Positions 1-8,182 are shown, counted from the first letter of the stretch. The stretch: DNA of 22,665 bases from an uncultured bacterium (GCA_965541585.1 CBEUCH010000029.1:1-22665), one strand, 5' to 3'. Made by a program: numbers and translations. Notes: generated by a model not told the origin, from the letters alone.

Positions 1-1
1 T

Positions 2-55
2 AGGATTTCTTCGGGAGAATTTACAGGAACCAGAAGAATGGTGCTCTTGAAATAG
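2..55 (+). CDS. 3' end (partial) of a secreted protein with an FlgD/T9SS-type-A-like C-terminal domain
   Basis: Frame from position 2 reads RISSGEFTGTRRMVLLK-stop(53-55). This matches the C-termini of 2141..3373 (RIQAGDFVETRRMLLLR) and 5518..7050 (RIQAGDYAETKKMVLLK). Confidence 0.85.
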   Translation, partial: RISSGEFTGTRRMVLLK

Positions 56-110
56 AGATTGCTTCGTCGTCTCATACGAGTCGTAGGACCTTCGGCCTCC
101 TCGCAATGAC
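55..110. repeat. REP-like palindromic element (GAGATTGCTTCG...CTCGCAATGAC type)
   Basis: GAGATTGCTTCGTCG...CCTCCTCGCAATGAC directly after the stop codon. The reverse complement, GTCATTGCGAGGAGG...CGACGAAGCAATCTC, is a widespread REP/RPE-like signature. Confidence 0.7.
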
Positions 111-177
111 GGAACGAAAGGCGATCACTGTGAATCCCGGCCGCAGATCGGGAACCCGCAATTCCCCGATATTTGGC

Positions 178-205
178 TTGATTTTCAATCGTCCGATAAT
201 ATACT
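178..205 (+). promoter_or_regulatory. Putative sigma70-type promoter of tRNA-Thr
   Basis: TTGATT(178-183)-16 nt-TATACT(200-205), ending 16 nt before the tRNA. Confidence 0.6.
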
Positions 206-221
206 AAAACAGTCAATATAA

Positions 222-294
222 GCCACTGTAGCTCAGATGGTAGAGCAGCTGATTCGTAATCAGCAGGTCAGCGGTTCGATCCCGCTCGGTGGCT
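222..294 (+). tRNA. tRNA-Thr (anticodon CGT), CCA not encoded
   Basis: Acceptor stem GCCACTG/CGGTGGC, D-arm GCTCAGATGGTAGAGC, anticodon arm CTGAT-TCGTA-ATCAG with CGT in the loop, T-loop GGTTCGATCC. Confidence 0.97.
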
Positions 295-511
295 TTTTGT
301 TTTGTGGATATGAAATATCTCCAAGAGTAAAACCTGGTCGGTATGTAGATGCCTGCTTGCTAAATCGGTAGAAATTATATATAATAGAACATGTGGTGTC
401 CCGGGACAGGGTGCGGGCTTGACACAGGGGGACAGGCTAAATCCATCGTGGATCGTTTAGAAGAAATAGAAAAGATTCATATAGATTATTGTGTCAGAGG
501 AGAAGGAGCGT

Positions 512-919
512 ATGGCAAAGGTTTACAGGCTAACCTATTTTGTGGCTAATATTGAAGATGAGCCGGGCACTCTTCTTAAGATCATGCTCAAGCTCAGAGA
601 TAAAAATATCGGCCTATCAGGACTCTGGGGATTTGGAACTAGAGACGGTAAGGGGCAATTGTTCGTGATTGCGAAAGATTCAGAAGTATTGAAGGATGCA
701 TGGGAAGAGGCCGGATTAATTGCAAAGGAGGGAACAGGTTTTTTTGTTAGCGGCGAGGATCGAACGGGGGCACTGATTGAAAGCCTGGAGCGCCTGGTAG
801 AGGTCGGCATCAATATTCATTCAATTGATGCAATTGCAGTCGGTGCGGTATTCGGTTCCTTTATCTGGGTGGATGCCTCAGACGTTGAAAAGGCCGCTGC
901 CGCCCTGGGAATCCCGTAG
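512..919 (+). CDS. Tandem ACT-domain protein (small-molecule-binding regulatory fold)
   Basis: Two ACT-like repeats (IEDEPGTLLKIMLKLRDKNIGL; GEDRTGALIESLERLVEVGINI) and a C-terminal DVEKAAAALG. The ATG at 512 follows RBS AAGGAG (503-508); the ORF track starts at GTG 491. Confidence 0.75.
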   Translation: MAKVYRLTYFVANIEDEPGTLLKIMLKLRDKNIGLSGLWGFGTRDGKGQLFVIAKDSEVLKDAWEEAGLIAKEGTGFFVSGEDRTGALIESLERLVEVGINIHSIDAIAVGAVFGSFIWVDASDVEKAAAALGIP

Positions 920-972
920 ATGTAATTCTTAGATTTTGTGATCCTGATATAGAAAGAGATAAGGATTTTTTC

Positions 973-1002
973 GGCGGTCGGGATCACTCCGGCCGCCTTT
1001 TT
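973..1002 (+). terminator. Intrinsic terminator after the ACT gene
   Basis: GGCGGTCGG...CCGGCCGCC stem followed by TTTTT. Confidence 0.7.
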
Positions 1003-1064
1003 ATATCAGGGAATTGCCTGCATTCTATCTTGAACGGATCCGGGCCGCTTTTAACTTATTTGAG

Positions 1065-1092
1065 TTGACGAGAAAATTCAGATGAATATATT
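1065..1092 (+). promoter_or_regulatory. Putative promoter
   Basis: TTGACG-16 nt-TATATT upstream of 1180. Confidence 0.5.
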
Positions 1093-1179
1093 ACATTAGT
1101 GGCTACAATTGAGGTCTGGATATTGTCTAACCACGGGCCCGGGCAAATAGTCAAGAGAAATAAGAGAGGAATTTGAGCA

Positions 1180-1938
1180 ATGAAAACGGCCATAACTATT
1201 TGCGGAATATTGTTATTATTTTCAACGGGGTATAGCCAGAATGTTCTGATATTCGGTGAGGACTGGGAAAGCGGCATCGTCGATCCGGAGATCTGGACGG
1301 AAGAATATGCGGGGGGATTCATAAATAACGATAGTCATCAGGGTGATAATGCCGCCAATTTTGGAACCAATACAATAGGTCTGGTTACATCCAACGCCAC
1401 CTATTACTTCAGCGATATGCGTCCCGAGATCGATTTCTGGGTAAAGACCACAAGCGAGTATTCTGTCAATAATCATATAGGGATATGGCTGAAAGACCCG
1501 GTGACGGATAATCCCCTCATGGGAATAAGCATCTATCCCGCCTCGGGTCAACGTACATTGGTTTGCGTTCCACCGGTCGGTGAAGGCTACACTATTTCGT
1601 ATCCACTCTCGGAGGACGGCGAGTGGCATCATTATGTGGTGCATATCAATGAAGACGGCACTATTTCATACTATAAAGACGACGGCTTTATCTGGCAAAG
1701 CGACGTTTATGATTGGGGTGGATTTTATGATGAGTTTAAGATCGGGTTTGCAGGCAGATCGCCCAATAATCTGTCGACGCCAACAATGGATGATTTTCTG
1801 CTTTATGACCAAGATGGAGCAAGCGTACCCACCCTCTCCGAATGGGGCATGATGATTATGGGATTGCTTTTGATGGCCGTTGGGACGGTGGCGGTTGTGC
1901 GAAGGAGGAAACGGATTACCATATGCACCACCGCTTGA
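1180..1938 (+). CDS. IPTL-CTERM surface protein with a probable ConA/LamG-like beta-sandwich domain
   Basis: Signal peptide MKTAITICGILLLFSTGYS and a LamG-like motif DGEWHHYVVHINEDGTISYYKD. The C-terminus is VPTLSEWG + TM helix + RRRKR. RBS GAGG upstream. Confidence 0.85.
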   Translation: MKTAITICGILLLFSTGYSQNVLIFGEDWESGIVDPEIWTEEYAGGFINNDSHQGDNAANFGTNTIGLVTSNATYYFSDMRPEIDFWVKTTSEYSVNNHIGIWLKDPVTDNPLMGISIYPASGQRTLVCVPPVGEGYTISYPLSEDGEWHHYVVHINEDGTISYYKDDGFIWQSDVYDWGGFYDEFKIGFAGRSPNNLSTPTMDDFLLYDQDGASVPTLSEWGMMIMGLLLMAVGTVAVVRRRKRITICTTA

Positions 1939-1963
1939 GAATCCGCCATAGTGTTGGAGATAA

Positions 1964-1996
1964 AGGGGCTTTCGAATGATGGCCCCTTTCCCTTTT
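1964..1996 (+). terminator. Intrinsic terminator (shared type after IPTL genes)
   Basis: AGGGGCT-TTCGAATGAT-GGCCCCT followed by a T-rich tract. Confidence 0.7.
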
Positions 1997-2041
1997 GCGA
2001 TACCCGGGCGGTTGAGGGATCGGGCGCGAACATAAAATCCC

Positions 2042-2069
2042 TTGACATCCAAATAGAATCAACTATCAA
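2042..2069 (+). promoter_or_regulatory. Putative promoter
   Basis: TTGACA-16 nt-TATCAA, homologous to 5421-5448. Confidence 0.5.
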
Positions 2070-2140
2070 TATGATTAAATTTAGCAATGGTAGTGCAATT
2101 GCGAGCTAACTTTGGGGGAATTACATTATTGGAGGACATT

Positions 2141-3373
2141 GTGAAAAAGGCCATGATTTTATTACCGGCGATATTATGCCTATCCATCACTGGTCCCGCA
2201 TTTGCCCAGAATGTTGAGTATGTAGGCTCGACGCTCTTGTCCGGCGTAAATGATGTGAAAGTGAGGGGCGATTACGCCTATTGCGCTGATATAGACGGGT
2301 TGATAATTATCGGTATCTCCGACCCCGAAAATCCTACTTTTATCAGTCAGCTTTATTGTCAGGGTCAAGGAGAAGGCATTCACATTTCCGGTAATTATGC
2401 TTATCTGGCTGATGGGGAATCTGGCCTTCAGATAATAGATGTCTCCGACCCCTCGAACCCCACATTTGCCGCAAGCTACGATACACCGGGCAATGCTTAC
2501 GGCGTTTTCGTTTCCGGCAGTTACGCCTATCTGGCTGATAGGGGTTCCGGTCTTCAGATAATAGACATTTCTGATCCAACATCTCCATTATTTGCCGGAA
2601 GCCTCGATACTCCTGGAGATGCTTACGGCGTTTTCGTTTCCGACAGTTACGCCTATCTGGCCGATATGGGTTCCGGCCTTCAGATAATAGATGTCTCCGA
2701 TCCTTCAAGCCCCACAATTGCCGCAGGCTACGATACACCGGGCATTACTTGCGGCGTTTTCATTTCCGGCAGTTACGCCTATCTGGCTGATAGGGATCCT
2801 GGCCTTCAGATAATAGACGTTTCCGATCCTCTAATTCCGATGTACGCCGCGAGCTACGATCCGCCGGGCGCTGCTTGCCGAGTTTTCATTTCAGGCGGTT
2901 ACGCCTATCTGGGTGCCTGGGGATCCGGCCTTCAGATAATAAATGTCTCCGACCCTTTAAATCCGATGTACGCCGGGGGCTATGATACGCCGGGCAGTTC
3001 TTACGGCGTTTTCGTGGCTGGCGATTACACCTACGTAGCAGACAGTTATTCGCTGATAATCTTGCGGTTTGATCCGCAGACAGGTATTGATGATGTAGAA
3101 AGCCTGCCGAAACAGATTGCGCTGAGGCAGAATTACCCAAACCCGTTTAATGCCGCTACAATGATAAAATACAATTTGCCGGAACAATCAGATGTAACCA
3201 TTGAGATCTACGACATCCTCGGCCGCAGGGTTGAGACGCTGGTTCAATCCGAACAGCAGGCCGGGTATCATCAGGTTGTGTGGGATGCTGAAGATGCCTC
3301 TTCCGGCATATATTTCTACCGGATTCAAGCAGGCGATTTTGTCGAGACAAGAAGGATGCTGCTGCTGAGATAA
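2141..3373 (+). CDS. LVIVD-repeat beta-propeller protein with an FlgD/T9SS-type-A-like C-terminal domain
   Basis: GTG start after GGAGG (2131-2135) and a signal peptide ending AFA. About 7 repeats of ~42 aa (YAYLADxxSGLQIIDVSDP...YDTPG). C-terminal QNYPNPFN...IYDILGRRV...SSGIYFYRI...MLLLR. Confidence 0.9.
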   Translation: MKKAMILLPAILCLSITGPAFAQNVEYVGSTLLSGVNDVKVRGDYAYCADIDGLIIIGISDPENPTFISQLYCQGQGEGIHISGNYAYLADGESGLQIIDVSDPSNPTFAASYDTPGNAYGVFVSGSYAYLADRGSGLQIIDISDPTSPLFAGSLDTPGDAYGVFVSDSYAYLADMGSGLQIIDVSDPSSPTIAAGYDTPGITCGVFISGSYAYLADRDPGLQIIDVSDPLIPMYAASYDPPGAACRVFISGGYAYLGAWGSGLQIINVSDPLNPMYAGGYDTPGSSYGVFVAGDYTYVADSYSLIILRFDPQTGIDDVESLPKQIALRQNYPNPFNAATMIKYNLPEQSDVTIEIYDILGRRVETLVQSEQQAGYHQVVWDAEDASSGIYFYRIQAGDFVETRRMLLLR

Positions 3374-3394
3374 GAAGCATTTACCGGAATACTA

Positions 3395-3428
3395 AGGGGG
3401 GAGTCTTACCGGCTCCCCTTTCTTCTTT
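3395..3428 (+). terminator. Intrinsic terminator (shared type after CTD genes)
   Basis: GGGGAGTC-TTACC-GGCTCCCC followed by a T tract; homologous to 7074-7102. Confidence 0.7.
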
Positions 3429-3551
3429 GCTTGAGCCTAATTAACTAATCAATTTCTATTTCCCGGATTTAACTGCCTGCGGCTGATCTGCAGGCCTTCT
3501 CCCGGTAATTGACTTAAGATGGAAATCAAATCTCTGGTTTTCGGAATGACC

Positions 3552-3579
3552 TTGACAAGCGGTTGAATCTCGATATACT
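3552..3579 (+). promoter_or_regulatory. Putative promoter
   Basis: TTGACA-16 nt-TATACT. Confidence 0.65.
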
Positions 3580-3647
3580 ATGGTAGCACACAGATCTTTT
3601 TTGCTTCAGTTTGGCGGCAAGCATAAAAAACTTAATGAGAGGATAAA

Positions 3648-5297
3648 ATGAAAAAGATGTTTTCCCACAATGCAGGCTGCAATATATTGTCAATATCTGT
3701 TACTGATGCCGGAAGAAGCCTCTACGTGTTATGCATCATATTCATAATGCTATCTTTTTTGAGCAATGTGGCAAACGGGACGCAATTGAAACCGCGCCAT
3801 ATTCCTGAGAAGCCGGCCGGTACGGTCCTGGATGACCGGCATGATAGAAACAATATCAGTGTGAAATTCTCAGATGATCTCGATATAGGGATCGGCGTTT
3901 TTGGCTATCCTGTTGATCGTTCCGGTTCATCTTTGCAATCGGATGAAGCGCTCAGGTTATTGGAGGCAATCAATCGAGACGGAGGAGGCTGGTTTCGGGC
4001 CACCGGCGCTGATGAGGAAACCATCGACAAAATGCGAACAACCGCTCAAGATAATCTGAGCCGCGAGATCGCCGACATGAATAATTATTTTATACTTTCA
4101 GTTCCGGACCATGAGAAAACCCAGGATTGGATTAACCGGCTAAATGCCCTGGTAGATATCGAGATGGCTCGGCCGGTTTATTTGCCGCCGCCGCTGCCAT
4201 TGCCGGGAGATTACCAGGATCTTCAGGGTTATCTGGAGCCTGCGACCACCGGCATCGATGCCATCTGGGCCTGGGCATTGCCCGGGGGAACCGGTAACAA
4301 TGTAACCATTTGCGATGTTGAATTAAACTGGAACAGTAACCACAACGATTTGCCAAGCTTTCCATGGTGGGTTCCCCCCGGCTATACCTGGGGCAACTGG
4401 GGATATAATACTGACCATGGAACGGCGGTACTTGGTGAGATGGTGAGCCTTAACAATGGTTGGGGTACGACCGGCGCCGCCTATGGAGCCGGCGCCGCAG
4501 TGGCACCGTCTTATTTGAATAATGCCTGGGTTCCTTACGTTGCCATACAATATGCGGTAACTCAGCTTTGGGAGGGAGATGTAATTCTAATAGAACTGCA
4601 AACCTGGGGTCCGGGCAGCGGTATGGTGCCCATCGAATGGGAGGTGCCCAACTATGCTGCAATCGTGGCCGCAGTTGGGAGTGGCATACACGTTGTCTCA
4701 GCTGCGGGCAATGGTAATGAGGATCTCGATGATCCGATTTTTAACCAGGGCCATGCGCCGTTTTTGCCGGAGAATAACTCCGGCGCCATAATGGTCGGGG
4801 CGGGCGCCGCCCCCGCTGGATTCGGTGGCTCGGATACCGAACGTTCCCGTCTCAGTTTTTCCAACTACGGTTCACGCGTGGATCTCCAGGGATGGGGCGA
4901 ACGCGTGATGACTACCGGTTATGGAGACTATTACAACAGCGAAGGTATCAATTATTATTATACGAACGGTTTTGGAGGAACATCATCGGCATCTCCGATC
5001 GTAGCATCGGCGGTCGCGATCTACGAGAGCGTAATGGAGGTTCAGACCGGTTCAGTCGTCGATCCTGCCACCATGCGGACGGTATTGAAAAATACCGGCT
5101 CCCCTCAGCAGGCGGGGAATTATCCCATCACCCAGCATATCGGTCCCATGCCAAATCTTCGGGCCGCATTGGAAGAATCTCAAGAGGTCCCCACACTCAA
5201 CGAGTGGGGGATGATCGTCCTAGGGTTATTGCTTCTGGCCGCAGGGACGGTATCTGTTATTCGCAAGAGGAAAGTCGTATTTAGCAAAGCTGCTTAA
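3648..5297 (+). CDS. S8 (subtilisin-like) serine peptidase with IPTL-CTERM anchor
   Basis: Catalytic motifs in order: ICDVE (Asp), DHGTAVLG (His), AAGNG (oxyanion Asn), GTSSASP (Ser). N-terminal hydrophobic segment and prodomain. C-terminal VPTLNEWG + TM + RKRK. Confidence 0.92.
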   Translation: MKKMFSHNAGCNILSISVTDAGRSLYVLCIIFIMLSFLSNVANGTQLKPRHIPEKPAGTVLDDRHDRNNISVKFSDDLDIGIGVFGYPVDRSGSSLQSDEALRLLEAINRDGGGWFRATGADEETIDKMRTTAQDNLSREIADMNNYFILSVPDHEKTQDWINRLNALVDIEMARPVYLPPPLPLPGDYQDLQGYLEPATTGIDAIWAWALPGGTGNNVTICDVELNWNSNHNDLPSFPWWVPPGYTWGNWGYNTDHGTAVLGEMVSLNNGWGTTGAAYGAGAAVAPSYLNNAWVPYVAIQYAVTQLWEGDVILIELQTWGPGSGMVPIEWEVPNYAAIVAAVGSGIHVVSAAGNGNEDLDDPIFNQGHAPFLPENNSGAIMVGAGAAPAGFGGSDTERSRLSFSNYGSRVDLQGWGERVMTTGYGDYYNSEGINYYYTNGFGGTSSASPIVASAVAIYESVMEVQTGSVVDPATMRTVLKNTGSPQQAGNYPITQHIGPMPNLRAALEESQEVPTLNEWGMIVLGLLLLAAGTVSVIRKRKVVFSKAA

Positions 5298-5321
5298 GAA
5301 CAAATATATAGAAGTAATCAG

Positions 5322-5354
5322 AGGGGCTACCGAATGATAGCCCCTTTTCCTTTT
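5322..5354 (+). terminator. Intrinsic terminator
   Basis: AGGGGCTA-CCGAATGA-TAGCCCCT followed by TTTCCTTTT. Confidence 0.75.
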
Positions 5355-5420
5355 GTGATACGCCGGGCGGTTAAGGGATGGGGTGGGGCTGGCATAGCCC
5401 CCCTCAGACACAGAAAATCC

Positions 5421-5448
5421 TTGACATCTTATTGGAAATAATTATCTA
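5421..5448 (+). promoter_or_regulatory. Putative promoter
   Basis: TTGACA-16 nt-TATCTA in an AT-rich context. Confidence 0.5.
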
Positions 5449-5517
5449 TATTAATAGATAATCATTAATTGCAGTTGCGATCTGTAACAAGAGTAAACAC
5501 CTCACCGGGAGGATATG

Positions 5518-7050
5518 ATGAAAAGGGCTATAGCTTTCACGTCGGTTTTCGTTGCGGTTGCTTTTTTGCCTGCATCGGCGACCGTTATCAACGTTCCGGG
5601 CGACTACCCTACTATTCAGGAGGGCATTGATGCCAGCTCCGATGGTGACACCGTGCTGGTAGCTGATGGCACCTACACCGGTGATGGGAACCGTGAAATC
5701 GATTTCGGTGGCAGGGCTATAGTCGTGATGTCGGAAAATGGACCGGAGGTTACCATTATCGACTGTGAAGGAGCTGGACGAGGTTTCTACTTCTTTGGAG
5801 GGGAGGACTCAACATCTGTTCTGCAGGGGTTTACGATCACGAACGGCTCAGCCCTCAGCGGCGGCGGGATTTATAATTATAGCAGCAGCCCGACGGTCAC
5901 GAACTGCACGTTCACAGGTAACTCGGCTGATTCGAGAGGCGGTGGGATGTGGATCGAGAACAGCAGCGCGACAATCACCAACTGCACGTTCGCAGGTAAC
6001 TCGGCTTATTATAGAGGCGGCGGGATGTGGATTGAGTACAGCAGCCCGACGGTCACCAACTGCACGTTCAGCGGAAACGAGGCAAGATACGGCGGCGGGA
6101 TGTACAATTCCGACAGTAGCCCCTTGGTCACCAACTGCATGTTCATTGAAAACTCGGCCGGCTACTATGACGGCGGCGGGATTTATAATTCATACAGCGA
6201 CCCGACGGTCACGAACTGCACGTTCAGCGGAAACTCGGCCACCGGTGACTGGAGCGAAGGCGGCGGGATGAACAATTACTACAGTAGCCCGACGGTCACC
6301 AACTGCACGTTCAGCGGAAACGAGGCAAGCTACGGCGGCGGCATGAACAATGATTCAGCCATCCTGACGGTCACGAACTGCACGTTCATTGGAAACTCGG
6401 CTGACTGGGGCGGCGGGATGAACAATTACTACAGTAGCCCGACGGTCACTAACTGTATCCTCTGGGACGACCTCGGGGGTGAAATTTACAACTACGGTAG
6501 CAGTCCTATAGTCACCTACAGTGACGTGGAGGGTGGCTATACCGGTGAGGGCAACATCAACGAAGACCCGCTATTCAGAGATCCCGAGAACGGAGATTTC
6601 CATTTGATGGCAGACTCCTGCGGAGATGTATATAACTCACCCTGCATTGACGCCGGAGATCCTGTGATTTTCGATAGCATGCTTGGTTGTGATTGGGGCT
6701 TGGGAGAATTACGAAGTGATATGGGTGCCTATGGCGGCGCGGGAATTCCGACTAATGTTGATGAGGAGCAGATCCCGGAAATACCGATGCAATTTCTCTT
6801 ATCCCAGAACTACCCCAACCCCTTTAACGCATCAACAGTGATAAAATACACGTTGCCTCAAGCGTCCGATGTAACCGTCGACATCTTCGACCTCCTCGGC
6901 CGCCGGGTTGAGACGTTGATGCAGGGAGAACAGCAAGCAGGTTATAATCAAATCATATGGAATGCTGATGATAAATCATCCGGCATGTATTTCTACCGGA
7001 TTCAGGCGGGGGATTATGCTGAGACGAAGAAAATGGTGTTGCTGAAATAA
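5518..7050 (+). CDS. Right-handed parallel beta-helix (pectin-lyase-like, GGG..FxxN repeat) protein with an FlgD/T9SS-type-A-like C-terminal domain
   Basis: GGAGG RBS favours ATG 5518 over 5515. Signal peptide ending ASA, N-cap VPGDYPTIQEGID, 8 GGG(M/I)...PTVTNCTF repeats, C-cap GNINEDPLF...DFHL...SPCIDAG, and a QNYPNPFN...MVLLK CTD. Confidence 0.9.
   Translation: MKRAIAFTSVFVAVAFLPASATVINVPGDYPTIQEGIDASSDGDTVLVADGTYTGDGNREIDFGGRAIVVMSENGPEVTIIDCEGAGRGFYFFGGEDSTSVLQGFTITNGSALSGGGIYNYSSSPTVTNCTFTGNSADSRGGGMWIENSSATITNCTFAGNSAYYRGGGMWIEYSSPTVTNCTFSGNEARYGGGMYNSDSSPLVTNCMFIENSAGYYDGGGIYNSYSDPTVTNCTFSGNSATGDWSEGGGMNNYYSSPTVTNCTFSGNEASYGGGMNNDSAILTVTNCTFIGNSADWGGGMNNYYSSPTVTNCILWDDLGGEIYNYGSSPIVTYSDVEGGYTGEGNINEDPLFRDPENGDFHLMADSCGDVYNSPCIDAGDPVIFDSMLGCDWGLGELRSDMGAYGGAGIPTNVDEEQIPEIPMQFLLSQNYPNPFNASTVIKYTLPQASDVTVDIFDLLGRRVETLMQGEQQAGYNQIIWNADDKSSGMYFYRIQAGDYAETKKMVLLK
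5842..6465 (+). repeat. Eight intragenic tandem repeats (75-87 nt) encoding beta-helix coils
   Basis: Recurring GGCGGCGGGAT(G/T)...CCGACGGTCAC(G/C)AACTGCACGTTC framework. Confidence 0.9.
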
Positions 7051-7073
7051 GAAGAACCTATGAGAATACTACC

Positions 7074-7102
7074 GGGGGGGTCTTAGCGACTTCCCTTTTT
7101 TC
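7074..7102 (+). terminator. Intrinsic terminator
   Basis: GGGGGGTC-TTAGC-GACTTCCC followed by a T tract. Confidence 0.65.
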
Positions 7103-7220
7103 TTGCCTGCTTTAACGTTCCGCCAAACCCTTCCCATCGGCGAAAGCAGCATGTGGGAAATCTGCGGGCCTTCCCGGCCACAATAGCCCTGTGGAGATAG
7201 CAGAAGGATTAAAATTGGTT

Positions 7221-7248
7221 TTGAAATCCGTCAATGAAGCATTATAAT
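7221..7248 (+). promoter_or_regulatory. Putative promoter
   Basis: TTGAAA-16 nt-TATAAT. Confidence 0.65.
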
Positions 7249-7348
7249 AATAGGTGTTGATGATAATTGGCTTCTTGACGTCCCGGTCCAGTACTTCCAG
7301 ACATGGCCTTTACAAAAGAATACTTCGCAGGGCTAAAGGGGAAAGATT

Positions 7349-8125
7349 ATGAACGGTAAAAGTATATTATTAGCGGCTATTTTCTTGCTGGTCATCCCGG
7401 TATATAGTGCGGTTGCACAGGAGGTGGGTGCATGTTGTTCGCCGGATGGATCCTGCAATGAGATGACCGAAGAGGAATGTTTATCCGGCGGCCGTACCTG
7501 GATGGGTGCAGGGGTGGAGTGTCTCGGGGACGGGAATGGTAATGGGTTCGATGATACATGTGAGGAGCTTCCGGGGGCGTGCTGCTTTACAGACGGCACT
7601 TGCGATAATCTGAGCGGGCCGGATTGCGTGGCGGCTAACGGTATGTATCGGGGGCCTGCAACAGAATGCCTTGGCGATCAAGATGATAACGGAAAAGATG
7701 ATGCCTGCGAGGAGCCGTTCGGTGCCTGCTGTTTCTTCGATGGGTCCTGCGCGTTGGAAGTCCAGGCGAACTGTGTATCAGCGGGCGGTTTTTATTGGGG
7801 AGACGACTCCGAGTGTTATGGTGACGGGAATGAAAACGGAATGGATGACAAGTGCGAAGAGTTGCCGGGTGCATGCTGCTCAGCCGGGGGTTGCTCAGAG
7901 ATGCTGGAGGCGGATTGCATAAATGCCGGCCGTGAATGGATGGGTCCTGAGACCATATGCCTTGGGGACAATAACGGCAACGGAATTGATGATGCCTGCG
8001 AGGATCCGGTGGAGATCCCAACTCTCTCCGAATGGGGGATGATCGTTATGATGTTATTGCTGCTGGTTGCCGGAACGATTGCGGTTGTGAGGAGAGGGAA
8101 GCCGGCTTTGATTAAAAAGATATAA
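7349..8125 (+). CDS. IPTL-CTERM protein made of four Cys-rich 'GACC' repeats
   Basis: Signal peptide ending AVA. Four ~49-aa repeats GACC..DG.C.......C...GG...G....C.GD.N.NG.DD.CE. C-terminal IPTLSEWG + TM + RRGK. Confidence 0.88.
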   Translation: MNGKSILLAAIFLLVIPVYSAVAQEVGACCSPDGSCNEMTEEECLSGGRTWMGAGVECLGDGNGNGFDDTCEELPGACCFTDGTCDNLSGPDCVAANGMYRGPATECLGDQDDNGKDDACEEPFGACCFFDGSCALEVQANCVSAGGFYWGDDSECYGDGNENGMDDKCEELPGACCSAGGCSEMLEADCINAGREWMGPETICLGDNNGNGIDDACEDPVEIPTLSEWGMIVMMLLLLVAGTIAVVRRGKPALIKKI

Positions 8126-8154
8126 TCGATCTGCGGGAATTCGAGTGAGTATTT

Positions 8155-8182
8155 AAGGGCTGCTTTCATGGCAGCTTTTTTA
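8155..8182 (+). terminator. Intrinsic terminator
   Basis: GGGCTGC-TTTCATG-GCAGCTT followed by a T tract. Confidence 0.65.

Noticed and set aside
222..294. Functional link between tRNA-Thr(CGT) and the ACG-rich repeats of the 5518 gene; missing CCA
   Set aside because: ACG enrichment is explained by repeat duplication, and non-encoded CCA is common in bacteria.
5842..6465. Diversity-generating retroelement target or CRISPR-like array
   Set aside because: The repeats are in-frame coding coils. Variation includes indels and non-adenine changes. No reverse transcriptase, template repeat or cas gene is in the window.
7120..7207. Cyclic-di-GMP-I riboswitch-like sequence (GCCAAAC...GCGAAAGC...)
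   Set aside because: Lacks the conserved GCAAA junction and tetraloop receptor, and lies upstream of the predicted promoter at 7221, so it would not be in the leader.
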